A stretch of 62,959 nt of DNA, filler included, from Porpidia crustulata (taxonomy: Eukaryota), in the NCBI GenBank assembly GCA_964255105.1. It is 4 parts of 4 records of this genome, joined end to end, with 100 filler letters (N's around TTAATTAATTAA, not from the genome) between each part and the next. Parts side by side here need not be neighbours in the genome. Positions count along the whole stretch, not along the records: positions 1 to 15,675 come from CAXUWE010000288.1; 3 more parts are not named here. One strand, given 5' to 3'. Numbering within the stretch: position 1 is the stretch's first letter; each line of letters starts with the position of its first letter. The notes beneath the pieces were generated by a model. It saw only the letters and a program-made list of their open reading frames with translations, searched no databases and was not told the DNA's origin. This document shows, in pieces, positions 1 through 14,069 of this stretch. A program made the translations under genes and the position numbers.

Positions 1-236
1 GGATATATGGATATGTGGAAGTGGCGGTGAGAGTTGGGGGATCTTGGGTTCCTTTGGGTTGAGGGATGGTAATTAGACAGGTAAGAACTGATTGGGGCAG
101 ATGTGTGAAGGAGAGGCTTTTGGGTGAATTCATTTGCGAGCTCCAAAGTACCCATACATCTATAACCACATCTATTTAATTGAAGCAAAAACCTCAGAGT
201 CAAAACCCCAGCTTCTATCAATAACCAAGCAAGAGT

Positions 237-1046
237 TCATACTCCCGCACCACCATCAAGCGATACGATAGTGCTTCGGAGTTCAGCATTAGGGGTTTCA
301 TAATCACGAAGGAATGCGGATGGAGACGGCGAAGTGAGAGTGAGGGGATAGTTGAGATATCTATAAAACTTTTTCCCACTGATCTAGATAAGAGAAACTC
401 CTTAAACCTTCACGCTTGCCGAAAAAATGAGGATTTGCACGCTCGCGAAGCTTGTAACTAGGAAAGACTACCTCCCCCCCTCTTCGCTCCCATCATCGCA
501 AAAACCAAATCCACCGTCTCATTCTCCTTGCCAATCTGCCGAAATCATCGGTAGGGCCGTATTCCCGTCCCTCAATATGCCGATGTAAGGCGAGGACAGC
601 CCGAGAAAGTGGATGGTTCCCGGGCTACCTTGGCGCAGATCCTCGATCCCGGGACTCAAAGGTACCGTGTTGAGGGTGTCGACGGCGCGGGCGTCGAGGA
701 CGCTGGATGCAGGCACGGACTGGTCGTCGTTGTGCGGGGCGGTGTGGAAGAAGGCGGATTCGGTGGGGTAGTGCGGGTCTTCGGATACGGTCCATATTAG
801 CTCGATGGAGAGGTCTTCGATGGTGGGAATGCTGGGGTTTGCCGCGGTTTTTGCGGGTGTTCGACTATTTCGGATAGGGCTGGGAAGTTGGTGGTTGACA
901 AAGGACTTCTTCGAATTGGATGGTATTGAAGTGAATGTGGCGAGGTTGGGGAGATTTTTAAGGGAGTGGTGGGTGCTGAATAACATTAACATATAAAAGC
1001 CCTGAACTTGTACTGAAGATTTGGATACTTCTCCACTTCCATCCAC
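237..1046 (-). pseudogene. Hypothetical protein with an in-frame TGA (519-521); 5' structure uncertain
   Basis: ORF 519..1046 ends ...ADWQGE-TGA, but the same frame continues (DGGFGFCDDGSEEGGEVVFPSYKLRERANPHFFGKREG...) to TGA at 237-239. No family recognised. Confidence 0.3.
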
Positions 1047-2028
1047 ATTGGAAAAGTGGTACTTCGATCATTGAAAGCTGTAATGTCTCAAGAAGACCGG
1101 CTTGTGCGAACCGAGATTATTGCTCAGGCAGGTTTCTCGAGCGATGATGATCGTATCACGTTGGCCCCATTAGCATGATCGATTACTCGCGGCAGGAATG
1201 TAATAGCGAAGTTCGACATATGAAAGCTTATAAAACCCAAAAAGACTGGCACTATCCCCATCTCGTACTGTACTGAGAGTTGACACTTGGAATCCGCGGG
1301 CGACATTAGGATACCCTCCCTTGCTAACATATATTTTAGAGGACTCCTACACCGAATTTGGCTGCCTTTGTAGCACTTTAGGCGTTCTGTCAAATGCTCG
1401 ATTCTTAAGAATAAATTAAATGTACCAAAACGATCTCGGTGGCACTACCGTGAAATTCATGGAACTTTGGCTTTGCAGCAGAACAGTCACCGCTTTTGGG
1501 AAGAAATTGATTCCGGGCCGGAAAGTGAGGTTGACGGGCGCGGAGCATTGGGAACTTCCATCTGGAAAAAATTCGCACGATATTGATGTGTAAATTGGAA
1601 TAAAAAAAACTAAGGAAGTTGAGGGGATTAAGAAAGATGAGTCTGCGAAAGATGAGGAGAGCAAAGAGGACGATGGAGGCGGTTGGACACTCGTCTCAGG
1701 GCGTTGTTACATAAGGCTTCAAGGAATATTTGGCACCAAACGGGTCCAAATATAGATAACACAGTGTTTATAAGACCGTGGAATAAACGAGAGCTCATGT
1801 TCAAGGAGTATTAATCGTAAGTACTGTGGATTTCATTAAACCCAGTTTTGCAGACATGACGCCCCATTTTAGTAGCCATGTGTACAGACCAGTCATGCCC
1901 GAAGGTAGCGACAATCATTTGAAACGATGTGGGTAGTCTTTGTTTTATCTGGAATTTCTACAGACTTGGATCTTGTACAATGGAGGAGGCTTCTTCACAT
2001 TGAGCTGGAGGTATTCGATGCTAGAATA

Positions 2029-2697
2029 TCATTTTGACGAATCAATTAGAGGTCGGCTTTGCGTAATGTTCACCCTTCCGTAACCTATTGAATACACGTT
2101 ACAGATTGCTCGCAGTCGAATCCCTTTGATAGTGTTTGACGTACCTGTAATCCGAGTGCCATGAATAACTCTGCCCGTAGGACTTGTGTAGTAAAGATCG
2201 CCTCTTTCAGAATCTGTGTATTCTCTTCCACCATAACGAATGATATTTGGCCAGACTACGCCCAGTGGAGGCGAGTCAAGAGTTTCATTATCGCTATGGC
2301 GCACTTTGTGATACCATGCACCACTAAGGCCTGGCGTAGGATTAACTGTTCTATACGACCACTTCGATCTACGGCCGGAACCCGCCGCCGCGGCTAGTAT
2401 GCTATCGCAGAGTGATCCGGATGGGTCAGGGTCATATCGAAAGACCTCAAGAAGATAAAGTTCGGGTGGTATTCCAGTATAGACAACCCTCTGAGCTCGG
2501 AAGCCAGTTCGGCCGCGACCTTCTACAATCAGATCGATCGGAGCACAGCATTTGTATTCCTGAATGTTAGTACATAGCTGTTCGGCGGCGTCGTGTGGGT
2601 CGTTGGGGTTCGAAAAAGCTATTTGAAGCTGGGAGGTCTGCCAAGCAAAAACGATAATGGGGAAGACGAAAGAGAATACTAGAAGCATCTTGGACAA
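2029..2697 (-). CDS. Secreted hypothetical protein, 222 aa
   Basis: Intronless ORF; hydrophobic N-terminus MSKMLLVFSFVFPIIVFAW resembles a signal peptide; Cys cluster CTNIQEYKCC. Confidence 0.6.
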   Translation of the reverse strand: MSKMLLVFSFVFPIIVFAWQTSQLQIAFSNPNDPHDAAEQLCTNIQEYKCCAPIDLIVEGRGRTGFRAQRVVYTGIPPELYLLEVFRYDPDPSGSLCDSILAAAAGSGRRSKWSYRTVNPTPGLSGAWYHKVRHSDNETLDSPPLGVVWPNIIRYGGREYTDSERGDLYYTSPTGRVIHGTRITGTSNTIKGIRLRAICNVYSIGYGRVNITQSRPLIDSSK

Positions 2698-3750
2698 GTC
2701 GTTGAGTTTAAGGTCTTCGGATGCAATAGAGGCAATTCGAATAATAAGGACAGATTCTTACTCTGAAACTTGATCCAGGTCCGGAGGATGTCGCATAAGA
2801 GGGTATTGCGGTATCTGAGGCATTTATCACCACGCCTAAGCTGAAATCCACTGTCTTCCAATCAGTTGTGGATGCTATATCCCTTGATCACTCCATTCGG
2901 TCAGATTGTCCAAAACTTTCGATTTGAAATTTAGTCTCGGAACTTGGAGTTGGACAGTATCTATTGATACCAAGAACTTCGAAATAGTCATTAATAAATC
3001 AGAGGAATACAAGCGCAATGATTGACAAACAGTAGGAAATCTCCTACTGTTGGGTACGTCAAGATCTAACATTAAGTGAGAGAGAAAGGAAGATACACAT
3101 TCAGAATGGGTGAACTTGACTTTTCGCATATGGAGAGCCGTATTGACAGCAGACAAAGCATAGAAATTCATTAGAGCTGACGGCCATCCCAGGTAGATAC
3201 CTGACTATGCGATAATATTTTCAGGAGAACTAGAGATGGCTTATAAGTGTTCTTCACCACTCATGCCCAGTATCCAGACTTTGCAGCAGAACTTGCCGGT
3301 CAAAGCGATGAGAGCGCGTTCCTGCCAGGGTAGACTTATATGCGATTTAGTCACATTTCTGCAAGTCTGTTGCTTCCATGGACGTACAAAAGTAACAGAC
3401 CCACGGCCGTAAGGATTTTTGAAATTACGTTCTTCTGCTTTTGTGTCATGAGAATTGCCTACTATTGTTGACTCTCCAGCAGCGCAATGTTTTCTTTGGT
3501 AATTATTAGGTACACTAGTGCAGGGAGGGGATCAGGGATCTAGTCACGTGAGTAGGTTAACATTGAGCCTCGTGGCCCTGTTGCCTGACTTTACGTAGGC
3601 ACCTACGGTACTCAAGGGGTTTCAGCTCCAGGCCCTTGGAACCCTGTGACTGTCATTCACGCCCCTAATCCCTTCTATACCATCGAAGCTTGACACAATG
3701 CAATGCACTCTCAATTCCTCATATCTAAGCGCCACGAATTTTGATGCGGG

Positions 3751-6432
3751 ATGATGAGCCAGCCAGCCAACACCTCCAAGCTTTCTCCCAAAGCTCCTGC
3801 TGTCGATGGCCGATCTGGCTCACGGCCGCAGAGTAGTGGATCTAGACATCATGACGAACAGCAGCCGGAGTTCGAAATCAAGGATCGCTCGACTCGTCCC
3901 TGGAACAAACGGCCACAAAGTCCGGGATTGAAATGGTACAGAGAATACAATACGCTTGATAAACCCCGGACTGGGAGGGTCCTACTCATTGATTATGTCA
4001 AAAAGGCCTACAGCAAGGAGGGTATGCGAAAGGTTGCAGCTCAAGAGATCGATAATATTGAGGCTTTGCGAAAAATATATACCAACCCAGATCGGTGCGG
4101 TGAAGCCATTCTTCGGGTCTTCCATGTTCAAAATGCCCACTGGGCTACGCACTTTCTCCTTCGGAAATTCAACATCAACGCCCATGATGATCTAGTCGGC
4201 ACGGACTTCGGGCGCTATGTGAAATATAAACGCCCTGAGAGTCGTGGTGGTAAACCCCTGCTCAGTGGCAAGTCTTGGAAAACCACGCATGATCCATGGC
4301 GAAGTATTAGTAGGACTTCATTCGGGCTTGACTACTTGAAACCTTATGATGTGGACAGTAAAGCGTCTGAGATAGCGGCTGGTACGACTAGGAAGTTGAT
4401 GGAACTAAATCGGTATGACGACGACGACAATGCTGCTTATGGTTGGGATATCTACGTTCAAAGATTCAGCTGCTACATTCAACACAAAGAGAGCTTTTCT
4501 GAAATTCCCAGCACACCTGATATCACAAATCCCTATCGTAATGGACAGGCGAATCGAGATCCGAAAAAATATGTGCCAAATCTTGAGACTCTGGACAACG
4601 AAAACACTATTATCATCTTTGACGATTCTCACACTGGTTCGATAGATGACACTTTGATTGCTGCCCGCCAACAGTGGGAGTCGAAGTAAGTTTGAATATC
4701 TTTCCAATCCAAAGACGGTACAAAATTAGAATCCTGACAATGGCAGTTTCAAGGTGGAGACGCTTGCCCTTCTACCTCGCACTCGAAGCACATGACGTAT
4801 CAAACGATGACCGCTTGGCCCTCGAATGTATGAAAATTGTTCTGCAAGACGTATGGAAAGGCGTCACCAAGGCTTGGGAAAGCTTCTTGGACATCTCGAG
4901 CGTCCACATCAGTATTCTTGAAGACAAAATTTATGAAGAGCCTGCGGACGAAACTCGAGCACCTGAGCTGTGGACCAACGCTAGTTCCTGGCTAACTGTG
5001 GACCGACTTGCAGGCCTCCACACGAATGTGCTTAAGGAAATGCAGATTAATTTACGAGAGATCACGGGCGAGCCAACGGTTGAAGACAATTGGCTCGAAT
5101 CCAGCCCGAATGATATGGAGAGGGTCGAGAGACTTGTACAAGATGATCTTGTGAAGCCAACAGCGAACCTAGCAGACTTAATGTATAAATCTGTCAGCAT
5201 AAGAGATAGCCGCCATTCATTGCAACTAAGTAAGCAAGTTTCCTAAATCCATGTCTTCTACCAGGCGCTCGAAGCTGTAGTGCCATAAATGGCAAGTCGA
5301 CCGCCTTGGCTGAATCGTTCATTGTAATGTGAGATTCGAGCCCCCCCAGTACCTCAGTTCAAAAGCATCCAAAAGTTACGAGCCTATCAACAGTATCTGA
5401 ACTCGGACGTAGATAGCTTATATGCCTGCCCTCTCGATACAACGCTAATTTGAGACTCACATAGGCACAAGTATGTGGAGACTGAGTTGGATAACGTTCA
5501 TCTTCTTACCTTTGACATTCCTTGTTGGGTTTTTTGGAATGAACGTCGATACTTTCGTCAACGATCCAAGCATCAAGTGGTACTTTATTGCAGCAGTTCC
5601 AATGATGCTCACCGTACTCATTCTCTGGTATGTGGTCAAACATATACTAGCTCGGAACAAAAGTCCTTACTATCGTGGGATATACGAACGCTTGTTCCAC
5701 GACATGGCCACGGCATACCCACAAGTAAGCATTTCTCCCAGATTATGGCTTCACATACTACAGAAAGGGTACTAATGATAGATGGTCTTGCAGCTCTGGT
5801 CTCGTTCTGGTCCACGCACAAACATCAAGCCGAGGAGTCTTTTGGCTCGATTGAAGTGGCAACTTGTATTACACTGGAACCGTGCGAACAAAACTATTCG
5901 AGCTGGGAAGTCAAGTGGGGACGTCGATTACGATGACTTGGGGGCTTGGTCTCGCTGTAAACGAATCTTGACACGCACATGGACTTCGCAGATTCGCGCA
6001 ACAGAAGATTCTCAACTCGGAGCCCCTTTTGCCCCGGCCGAGACTGTGGGCGACGAAATAATAAACAGCATGGGCGAGACTGTAGAACTTCCTGCGCTTG
6101 TCGGTCAAGAACCATCGGAACTACGTCCCGATGGTATGACAAGGATCACCGTATCTCAAACACCGTGGTCGAAACGCCTAAGCGCTATCTCAGATCCTAC
6201 TGGTCCAGGGAGACCTAGTAGCCAAGGAAGCAGTGCGGGCCGAAACAGTGGCGTTATGGTCGAGGAGGAGCGTCCGAATTGGCTTCAGGAATTGACCTCC
6301 AAAGGCCTTCACTTATCGGATTGGATGGGCGCCTCGGCATCCCCGGGGAAGGACACCAAAGGAGATGATCAGAGGCCACCTTCAGGCCAGTCAGCATCTA
6401 AGGAAGTAGAAGTGCCCGTAATATCTCTTTGA
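3751..6432 (+). CDS. CorA-family (2-TM-GxN) Mg2+/metal transporter-like protein, multi-exon
   Basis: Exons match ORFs 3751.., 4674.., 5473.., 5782..; signature WITFIFLPLTFLVGFFGMN followed by second TM WYFIAAVPMMLTVLILW; GT-AG introns including 5230-5464. Confidence 0.85.
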
Positions 6433-6895
6433 GATTGATTATTGGCCACATGGAGAAGTCTACTGTAAGATATTCACTATTCATTCCGTAGGCGATCACT
6501 TGTGAAGCTTCATAGTAGCCATGATGTGTTAGCATTCAAGCATCTAAACACAAGCAGAACCCGATAGAAGCCGGTAGAAGCCAGAAGTACTGATCTTGCG
6601 GTATGGGTTGTGGTGATTCGCCTGTAAGCAGTTAGCTTCCCCGATTTCGGGGTTGATGGTTTCTGACAAACCCGCACCTATCCGCATCTCACATTTAAAC
6701 TTGAATTCTCGCACAATCCATTTCATTCCACTCCAGGCCAAGCAACCGATACTTCAGAGAAATATCACGATCTACGTATTCGACTCAAGTCAATCCTTTG
6801 AAAATCATCCAAAGAATCCCTCAGGGCGCTCAACCGAAAGGACACAGTTTCAGCAAGTCTCCTTTGGCTTTCAACACTTACGTGTCAGTAGCACG

Positions 6896-7809
6896 ATGTC
6901 GCCAGAAGGTAGGGCTAGGAAGAGACCAAGTATAGTACCTCCCATTCTAGTGTAGGAAGGAGTCCGTACAGAGAGTACTGGATCTACTCATACTGTGCCT
7001 TGTAGGAACTCAGTCATGCCCGCCCCCCGAGCTACCTCAACTTGTCGCGGAACAACATGTCCCAATTGCTGCGAACGACAAAGATACACAGAGATTAATA
7101 GTGGTGCTCTCTCATGCAAGTCTGGAAACATACAGGGCCTCGCATGGTGGTCGCGGTGGTGCCATGAAGGACGAGAAATACTCGCTTCTCAACAGTGACG
7201 AACACATTGGGGTTATGCGGAAAATGAACCGCGATATCAGTGATGCAAGGCCAGACATCACCCACCAAGTGTGTTCTGTTTCGTATTTACGGGAGTATTG
7301 ACACAACAGATCTAAACTGAGTCGATTCTTAGTGCCTTCTCACCCTGCTAGATTCCCCAATCAATAAAGCTGGAAAGCTCCAAATATATATTCACACCGC
7401 CAAAGGTACCCTTATTGAAGTCAGCCCAACCGTTCGGATCCCCCGAACTTTTAAGCGTTTCGCTGGTCTCATGGTACAGCTTCTACACCGGCTGTCCATT
7501 CGGTCGACCAATTCTCAAGAAAAACTTTTAAAAGTTATCAAGAATCCGATCACCGACCACCTCCCTCCAAACTGTCGAAAAGTCACATTAAGTTTCGATG
7601 CCGAGGTGGTTCGAGTGCAGGACTACATTTCAGATATAGGGCCGAAACAGAGCGTTTGCGTTTTCGTGGGGGCGATGGCAAAAGGTAAAGATGATTTTGC
7701 TGACAGTATGAAGGATGATACGATCAGCATCAGCAACTATAGTCTAAGCGCTAGCGTAGCGTGTGGGAAGTTCTGCAATGCGGCAGAGGACGTCTGGAAT
7801 ATTGTCTAG
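6896..7809 (+). CDS. EMG1: 18S rRNA pseudouridine N1-methyltransferase Emg1/Nep1 (SPOUT)
   Basis: Motifs [59 protein letters not shown]; two short introns. Confidence 0.95.
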
Positions 7810-8708
7810 CTGTCCGCTCTCAGGTGTGTATGCAAAAGCCATCGCCTTAAGGGAGTGTGAGATCTGATGTTTGCAGACTTTGCCCAACGTAAGGAAGTGT
7901 GGTATTGCAAGTTGTGGGCCTCTGCTAGCTGCGATACCAACATCAATGCTTTGCACGGGTCGTCACTTTGCCTGCGTTGAGACTCTTGGATCTGGCTCTG
8001 TTTTTCCAACACATTGCAACCGGTTCAACAGACTCAAGGCGCTCTGCGTCCAGGTGGAGCACTTCAACTTGCTCCACTCTTCTTTTTTTGTCAATTGAGT
8101 GTGTTCATTGGTCAGTTGAAGCTTGGATGAGACGACTATCAAGATACTCGGCCTACGGGATGTAAGCCCTAATAGGGGGAGCTTCGATTATCTGCTGGTT
8201 ATCGTGATTGGTACCATCTAGCTAAAGTAAAATGATGTCTTTAAGACTAATCATAGAGCACTGAAGGGAGAAACGGATACGATCAAATGGATGTTCACAT
8301 TCCAGGTATATCGTTTAGGCTGGCTAATGAACATTCGATTGCTTAGCTACCTCATCTATTGGCCGCCTCAATTGCATGCTTGCTTTATCTACCCAACTTG
8401 TTGTCCAACTCGGTTAATTTGGCTTAGCTGCAGAGACATCACTACGTGGCACCCAATCTTCTCCATGGCGAGTCTTCCGTGACATAGGGCACGAAACGAT
8501 GATCGATTGCGCAATGGTTGGGTACCAATCGCCAGCATGTCTTTCCGTATTTGGTACCTGAGTAGAGCTATAGTACCTGCATAATCAAGTTCTGTTTAAC
8601 CTCCTGAAGGCTTTTCGAACCCGTCCAAGTGTGCTTTCTTGTTTGCTGTGAATGTGAATCATAGTATCGAGAGGAAAACAATTCTTTCAATCTTAATGCT
8701 CTGTTGAA

Positions 8709-10296
8709 ATGCCTGTCTCACACATTGGACTCACGGTCTCTCATCTTCCTACATCTTGCTCCTTTTTCCTAGCAGCCCTTACACCTCTGGGATATCGATA
8801 CATCGGGCAACAGGGAAATCAGATCGGTTTTGGCATAGAGGACGCTGATTTCTTCATCTGCCAAGAAACAGAAAGGTATCTTAACTCTCAATGAAAATTC
8901 TCACTCAAAGTCTGAACGTGGCGACTGCAGTATCAAGGCAAGTGCCGCTCATATTGCTTTTGAGGCTTCATCACGTAGCGTTGTCGACGCCTTTTTCTTC
9001 GCTGCCTTAAAGGCTGGTGGTCGTATTCACGGTGAGCCGGCAGTACGTGATCAAGAAACGGGTTACTACAGTGGGGCCGTTCTGGACTTTGACGATAATT
9101 CCATTGAAGTGATGCACCGTGAAAGGAATTTGGAGAAAGCTCATGCAGCAAGTGAACGATCCGATGAAAATAGCGTTCTCAGCTGGCAGAAAGAGGTAGC
9201 AAGAAGCGGTGTCGGATCTAACCTGAAGAGCGAGCAAGGTCCCACCCGTATTGTCGTCAACAACGTCACCACGCCGACTACAATTGTCTCACATTCTTCA
9301 GCTGAGCCAAAGATAAACAACGAAATGAGTGCCAAAGCCATCGTAGGCACGTTACTTGGCGCTGCAGCAGGTGCAGCAGTGGCCTATGCTATGACCAAAG
9401 GAGAAGAGGAAAGCCAGAAAGTCTCTGCATCGAGGCCTGCACTATACCAAGCTATAGATGCAGTAAGACCATTGCTAGCGCGTTCTGCGACTGAACCAGC
9501 AAAGTCTTACGCTCCGTCGAATATCTCTCGCGACTCGCGCTCTGGACCCAGAGAGTTGGAGTACCCACAATCTTCCGTTTCTCTCGCAAGTCATGGTATG
9601 CAGTGCAACAGGTCAAGATCCAATCAGCGTAACGGTCCGCTTGCTATTGCTTCCCCATCCAAGCTAAGCACTCTAATTGATACTTTTCTACCACCTTCGG
9701 AAGTCACCAATTTCCGGCCTCATTTACTCATACGAAACAATACAGATGGGATTGCCCATTCTTCGCGGGGAAGCATGTTTTCTGAAGCTGCTCCCCGGCG
9801 CTTAGACTCGCATTCACGCGTGTCCAGCGCGAAGACGGTTACGCAGGTCAACATTGGGCAGTTGAAGCCATCCTCTATCGTGACCGAGATGAGGGCCGCC
9901 AGAGAAGCGCCATTGCCAGAAAGCAGGGCAACAAGCGCCGCCCCAAGCCGCGCCCCGTCCTTACGGCGTCTTGTCCTAGATGGAGGGCGTGACGAAGATG
10001 TAAAGAGCGTACTTGGCTCCGTGGCACCAAGCGACAGTGTGAGCCAAGCCGGCTCGAAAAGATCCAAGGAAAGCCGGCGATCGAGTAAAGGATCGAGTCG
10101 GCATAGATCCGAGAGATCGGGGGAACGGAGGAGCCACCGGGACAGTGATAGGGATAGCCAGGTCAGCGAGAAGACTGTGCGAGCTGAAGGGAGTAGGAGC
10201 AGGAGGAAGAGGGAGACTGTGGTGAGTTTACCTGTTAGGGCTGCACGTAAGAGCAGTCCGCACCGAAGCGTGCGGAGCTTCGTACCGGGCATGTAG
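8709..10296 (+). CDS. Glyoxalase/bleomycin-resistance (VOC) domain protein with long Ser/Arg-rich tail
   Basis: MPVSHIGLTV...FFLAALTPLGY; after intron ~8876-8930 AHIAFEA...VDAFFFAALKAGG...GYYSGAVLDFDDNSIEV; continues into ORF 9109..10296. Confidence 0.8.
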
Positions 10297-10872
10297 AAAG
10301 GAGTGAAGAACATTGAATTCGCGCGATATTTAAGACATACAGCCCGTCAAATAATCAATATCTATAGTCATTTAGTGCTATATTTATAGCTCAAGCAACG
10401 ATATAAACGATGTATACTATGTGTTTGCCTACTACTCCTCCAATCCTCCTACATGCCCACGAAGTTGGAAATGTAACCAACCGTAAGGATCGTTCCACGG
10501 GCCCTAGAAATGGAGTTCGTGGCCAGCTCTGGTGCTTTTTTTGACATTTTGGACGTGCTTGATAGGTAGACACTTATCTAATCTGCACGTGATCATGAAG
10601 CCTGCAAGTTGAGATAGCGAAGCTATACAATTTGTGCTGCGCGAATATCAAAGTTGCACTTACCGCGAGAACTCCCCACTTCGCAATTCTTCAATTGCAA
10701 AGGAGTCGTTCATCCTAATGCCAAGAATGACCTAGCCGTTGATAACCAGTCCACGCGCAACGGCGTCAACTCGTCGGAACTGCTCTGGCCAGCTCCTCGC
10801 TGCTAAATTGCTTTGTTTACTCTCGCACCCCCCCGCCCTACATGATGTTCGGATAGTCTTTAGGCTACAATT

Positions 10873-13800
10873 ATGGATCCCACTATACAGCGTCTTCTCA
10901 ATGACAAACTCTACGACAAAAGGAAGCAGGGCGCTCTTGAGTAGGTGGCTCTAGATATAAATCGCATCTTCAGAACGCTGATTCGTGCTCATTTAGCCTG
11001 GAAAGATTTGTTCGAGAAGCCAGCGCCAACAAAGAATTTGAGAAGATAGCAATGGTGGTAGATCAGCTATGTCATGACTACGCCTACGCAGTGCACCAAC
11101 CACACGCCAGGAATGGGGGGTTGATAGGCCTTGCCGCCGCTTCGATAGCCTTAGGCTCGGTAGGTGATCATTCTCTCCGGGATAATATGGTTCTGATATT
11201 GAAACAGGAAGAAGTAGCTCGATACTTGAAAGAAATCGTTCCACCTGTTCTAGCCTGTTTCACCGATCAAGATGCACGGGTCAGATATTATGCCTGCGAA
11301 AGCATGTACAATATCGCCAAGGTAGCTAAAGGCGAAATCTTGATTTTCTTCAACGACGTTTTTGACGCCCTTTGCAAGGTATGGAGAAAAGAAGACTTGG
11401 GTTGATCCACATACTGAACATCTCAAAAGCTTGCGGCCGATTCCGAATTGTCCGTAAAAAACGGGGCTGAACTCTTGGATCGACTCGTGAAAGACATTGT
11501 CTCTGAATCTGCCGCAACCTACGTTTCGGTGTTACAGCTACCAGATGGCAGTGGATCTGATGGAGGCTCGAGCAAGAATTCTGCCGAATCATCTTCTATT
11601 GAACTGCCAACCGCGTTTTCTCTCGCCAGATTTATACCTCTGCTCCAAGAGCGCATTTATGTCATTAATCCTTTTACTCGTACATTTCTTGTATCATGGG
11701 TCACTTTACTGGATACCATACCGGATCTGGAGCTTGTTTCTTATTTGCCTGCCTTTTTGAGTGGGCTATTTAAATTTCTTAGTGATCCAAATAGAGACGT
11801 ACATGTTACTACACAAGGAGCACTCGAAAGGTTTCTAAATGAGGTTAAGAGGATAGCTAGAATCAAACGTGGTATAGCAGAAAGCCGCAAAGACCAAAGC
11901 GACGACAAAGCGAAGCCCTCGAATTCGAGTGATAGCGCTAGTATTCGCACTGACCACAGCACACTAAACGAGAAGTCGGACGCCGCAGATGGAGACTCTA
12001 GCGGGCTCCATGACGGGCAAGGCGGAAATCTTGACGGTGATGACTGGATTCCAGGGCAGGATGTCCAGGTCGATCATCCAAAGATATTAGAAATACTAGT
12101 AGCGTTCCTAGAGCCATCCTCAGGTAAGAGTATTCGGAGTACACTTTTGATATGGGAAATTGACGCTTTCCACAGAGGAGGAGATCCAGCTTACTGCACT
12201 GCGATGGATTGACAGCTTCTTTGAGATTTGTCCGGAAGACATCCTTGCCTTCGTTCCCAGGCTCTTGGCGCAGGTCCTCCCTGCAATGGCTAGTGGTAGT
12301 GATGTCGTGCGACAAGCCGCCAATCGAGTCAATAATTCCCTGATGGACCATATTGTATCCTTACCGGACGAGATTCCTCGGCCTGACAGTCGACCGTCGC
12401 CGCCATCACGCATACCCACTAATTCGCTTAAAGATACGGATGGGAAAGCAAGGCGCGCGTCGACGCCTACTCCAAGAGTACAACAGACGTCAACAGAGCA
12501 AGAAGCGGAAATGAAGAAAGATGAAGACGCCGCTGCAATGCCGCCTCCACAGCCAGCAAACCCCCCGATCTTGCAGAAACCAGCTGCGGATTTGGACTAT
12601 GCCGCAGCTGTCAACGCTTTGACTCTACACTTTCTTAATGAGCACGAAGCCACGAGAGTAGCATCATTGGCTTGGCTTATCATGTTACATCGAAGGGCCC
12701 CACGGAAAGTATTAGCCACGAATGATGGAACATTCCCGGCACTTCTCAAAACACTGTCTGACCCGGCAGAAGCGGTTGTGACCCGAGATCTGCAATTACT
12801 TTCGCAAATTTCTAAGAACACCGAGGAAGGCTACTTTACATCGTTTATGGTCAACTTGCTTCAGCTTTTTTCTACAGATCGGAGACTCTTAGAGACGCGG
12901 GGAAACCTCATAATTCGCCAACTGTGTCTGAATCTGAGCGCTGAAAGAATATATAGAACTTTGGCAGACTGCTTAGAGAAGGATGAAGTGAGTTTACTCG
13001 TCTGTGCTTGTCAATTGATCTGCTGATTGCAATATCAGGACGTTGAATTTGCAAGTATAATGGTGCAAAATCTCAACAACAACCTCATTACAGCACCGGA
13101 ATTAGCAGATTTGCGCAAAAGATTGAGGAACCTGGACTCCCGAGTGAGACACTGAGCATGTCCAAGTTCTAAGCATCGACTAATCAAATAGGACGGTCAA
13201 ACATTCTTTGTAGCACTTTTCAAGTCCTGGTGCTATAATGCCGTTGCAACATTCTCGTTGTGTTTACTTGCGCAAGCATATGAGCAAGCATATAATTTGC
13301 TCCAAATTTTGTAAGCCGTACGTCTTTTGCTTGCATGAACAGCGCTGAATATTACAGTGCGGAGCTCGAGATGACGGTCAACATGCTCATTCAAATTGAT
13401 AAGCTGGTTCAGCTGCTTGAATCACCTGTTTTCACTTGTAGGCAAGCATCTGCTCTGTCTTTTGTTTTTGGTAATAAATGTTGTCTAGATCTTCGCCTTC
13501 AACTCCTTGAACCTGAGAAATACCCTCATCTTTACAAATGTCTTTACGGTCTATTAATGCTATTACCTCAGTCATCCGCATTCGCAGCTCTCAAGAACCG
13601 GCTGAACAGCGTCAGTGCCATCGGCTACCTCCACATCGCCCCACGAACGTACGTGTCTCCTTCTCTATCTCACTTGCGCCAAAAAAGCACTGAAGCCCAG
13701 ATGGGTAGCACGCCCCCAACCCCGGGCACCCCAGCTTTTGACCGACCTAACCGTCTGAAAGCCAAGGAAGACGGGGCCATCAAATGGGTCGAGCTGCTCG

Positions 13801-14069
13801 AGAAGTTCAAGAACGTGCAGGAGAAGGCCCGCAGGGCCAATCGGCTGCAAAACCAGGTGGACGACGGCTTGCCTCCGAACGGCGCGGCGATCGAGGCGAG
13901 CAAAGAAAAGGCCCTGCCAGATGTGCCGAAACCTCCGCTGAGGCCACCGAGCGCGAGCGGTACCGGCCAGAGATCTGTGCCTCCCACCCCTTTGCACAAG
14001 CCCAAATCGAGTCTGGGCAACTTCAGCAGGCTTACCGGCGGTGTTGGCGTGAGGAAAGGGAAGAAGTAA
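10873..14069 (+). CDS. VAC14: Vacuole morphology/PI(3,5)P2 scaffold Vac14 (HEAT repeats), multi-exon
   Basis: [106 protein letters not shown]. Confidence 0.95.

Noticed and set aside
5230..5464. Unusually long CorA intron as a snoRNA or riboswitch host
   Set aside because: No C box (RTGATGA) or recognisable TPP aptamer seen; an Rfam scan would be needed.
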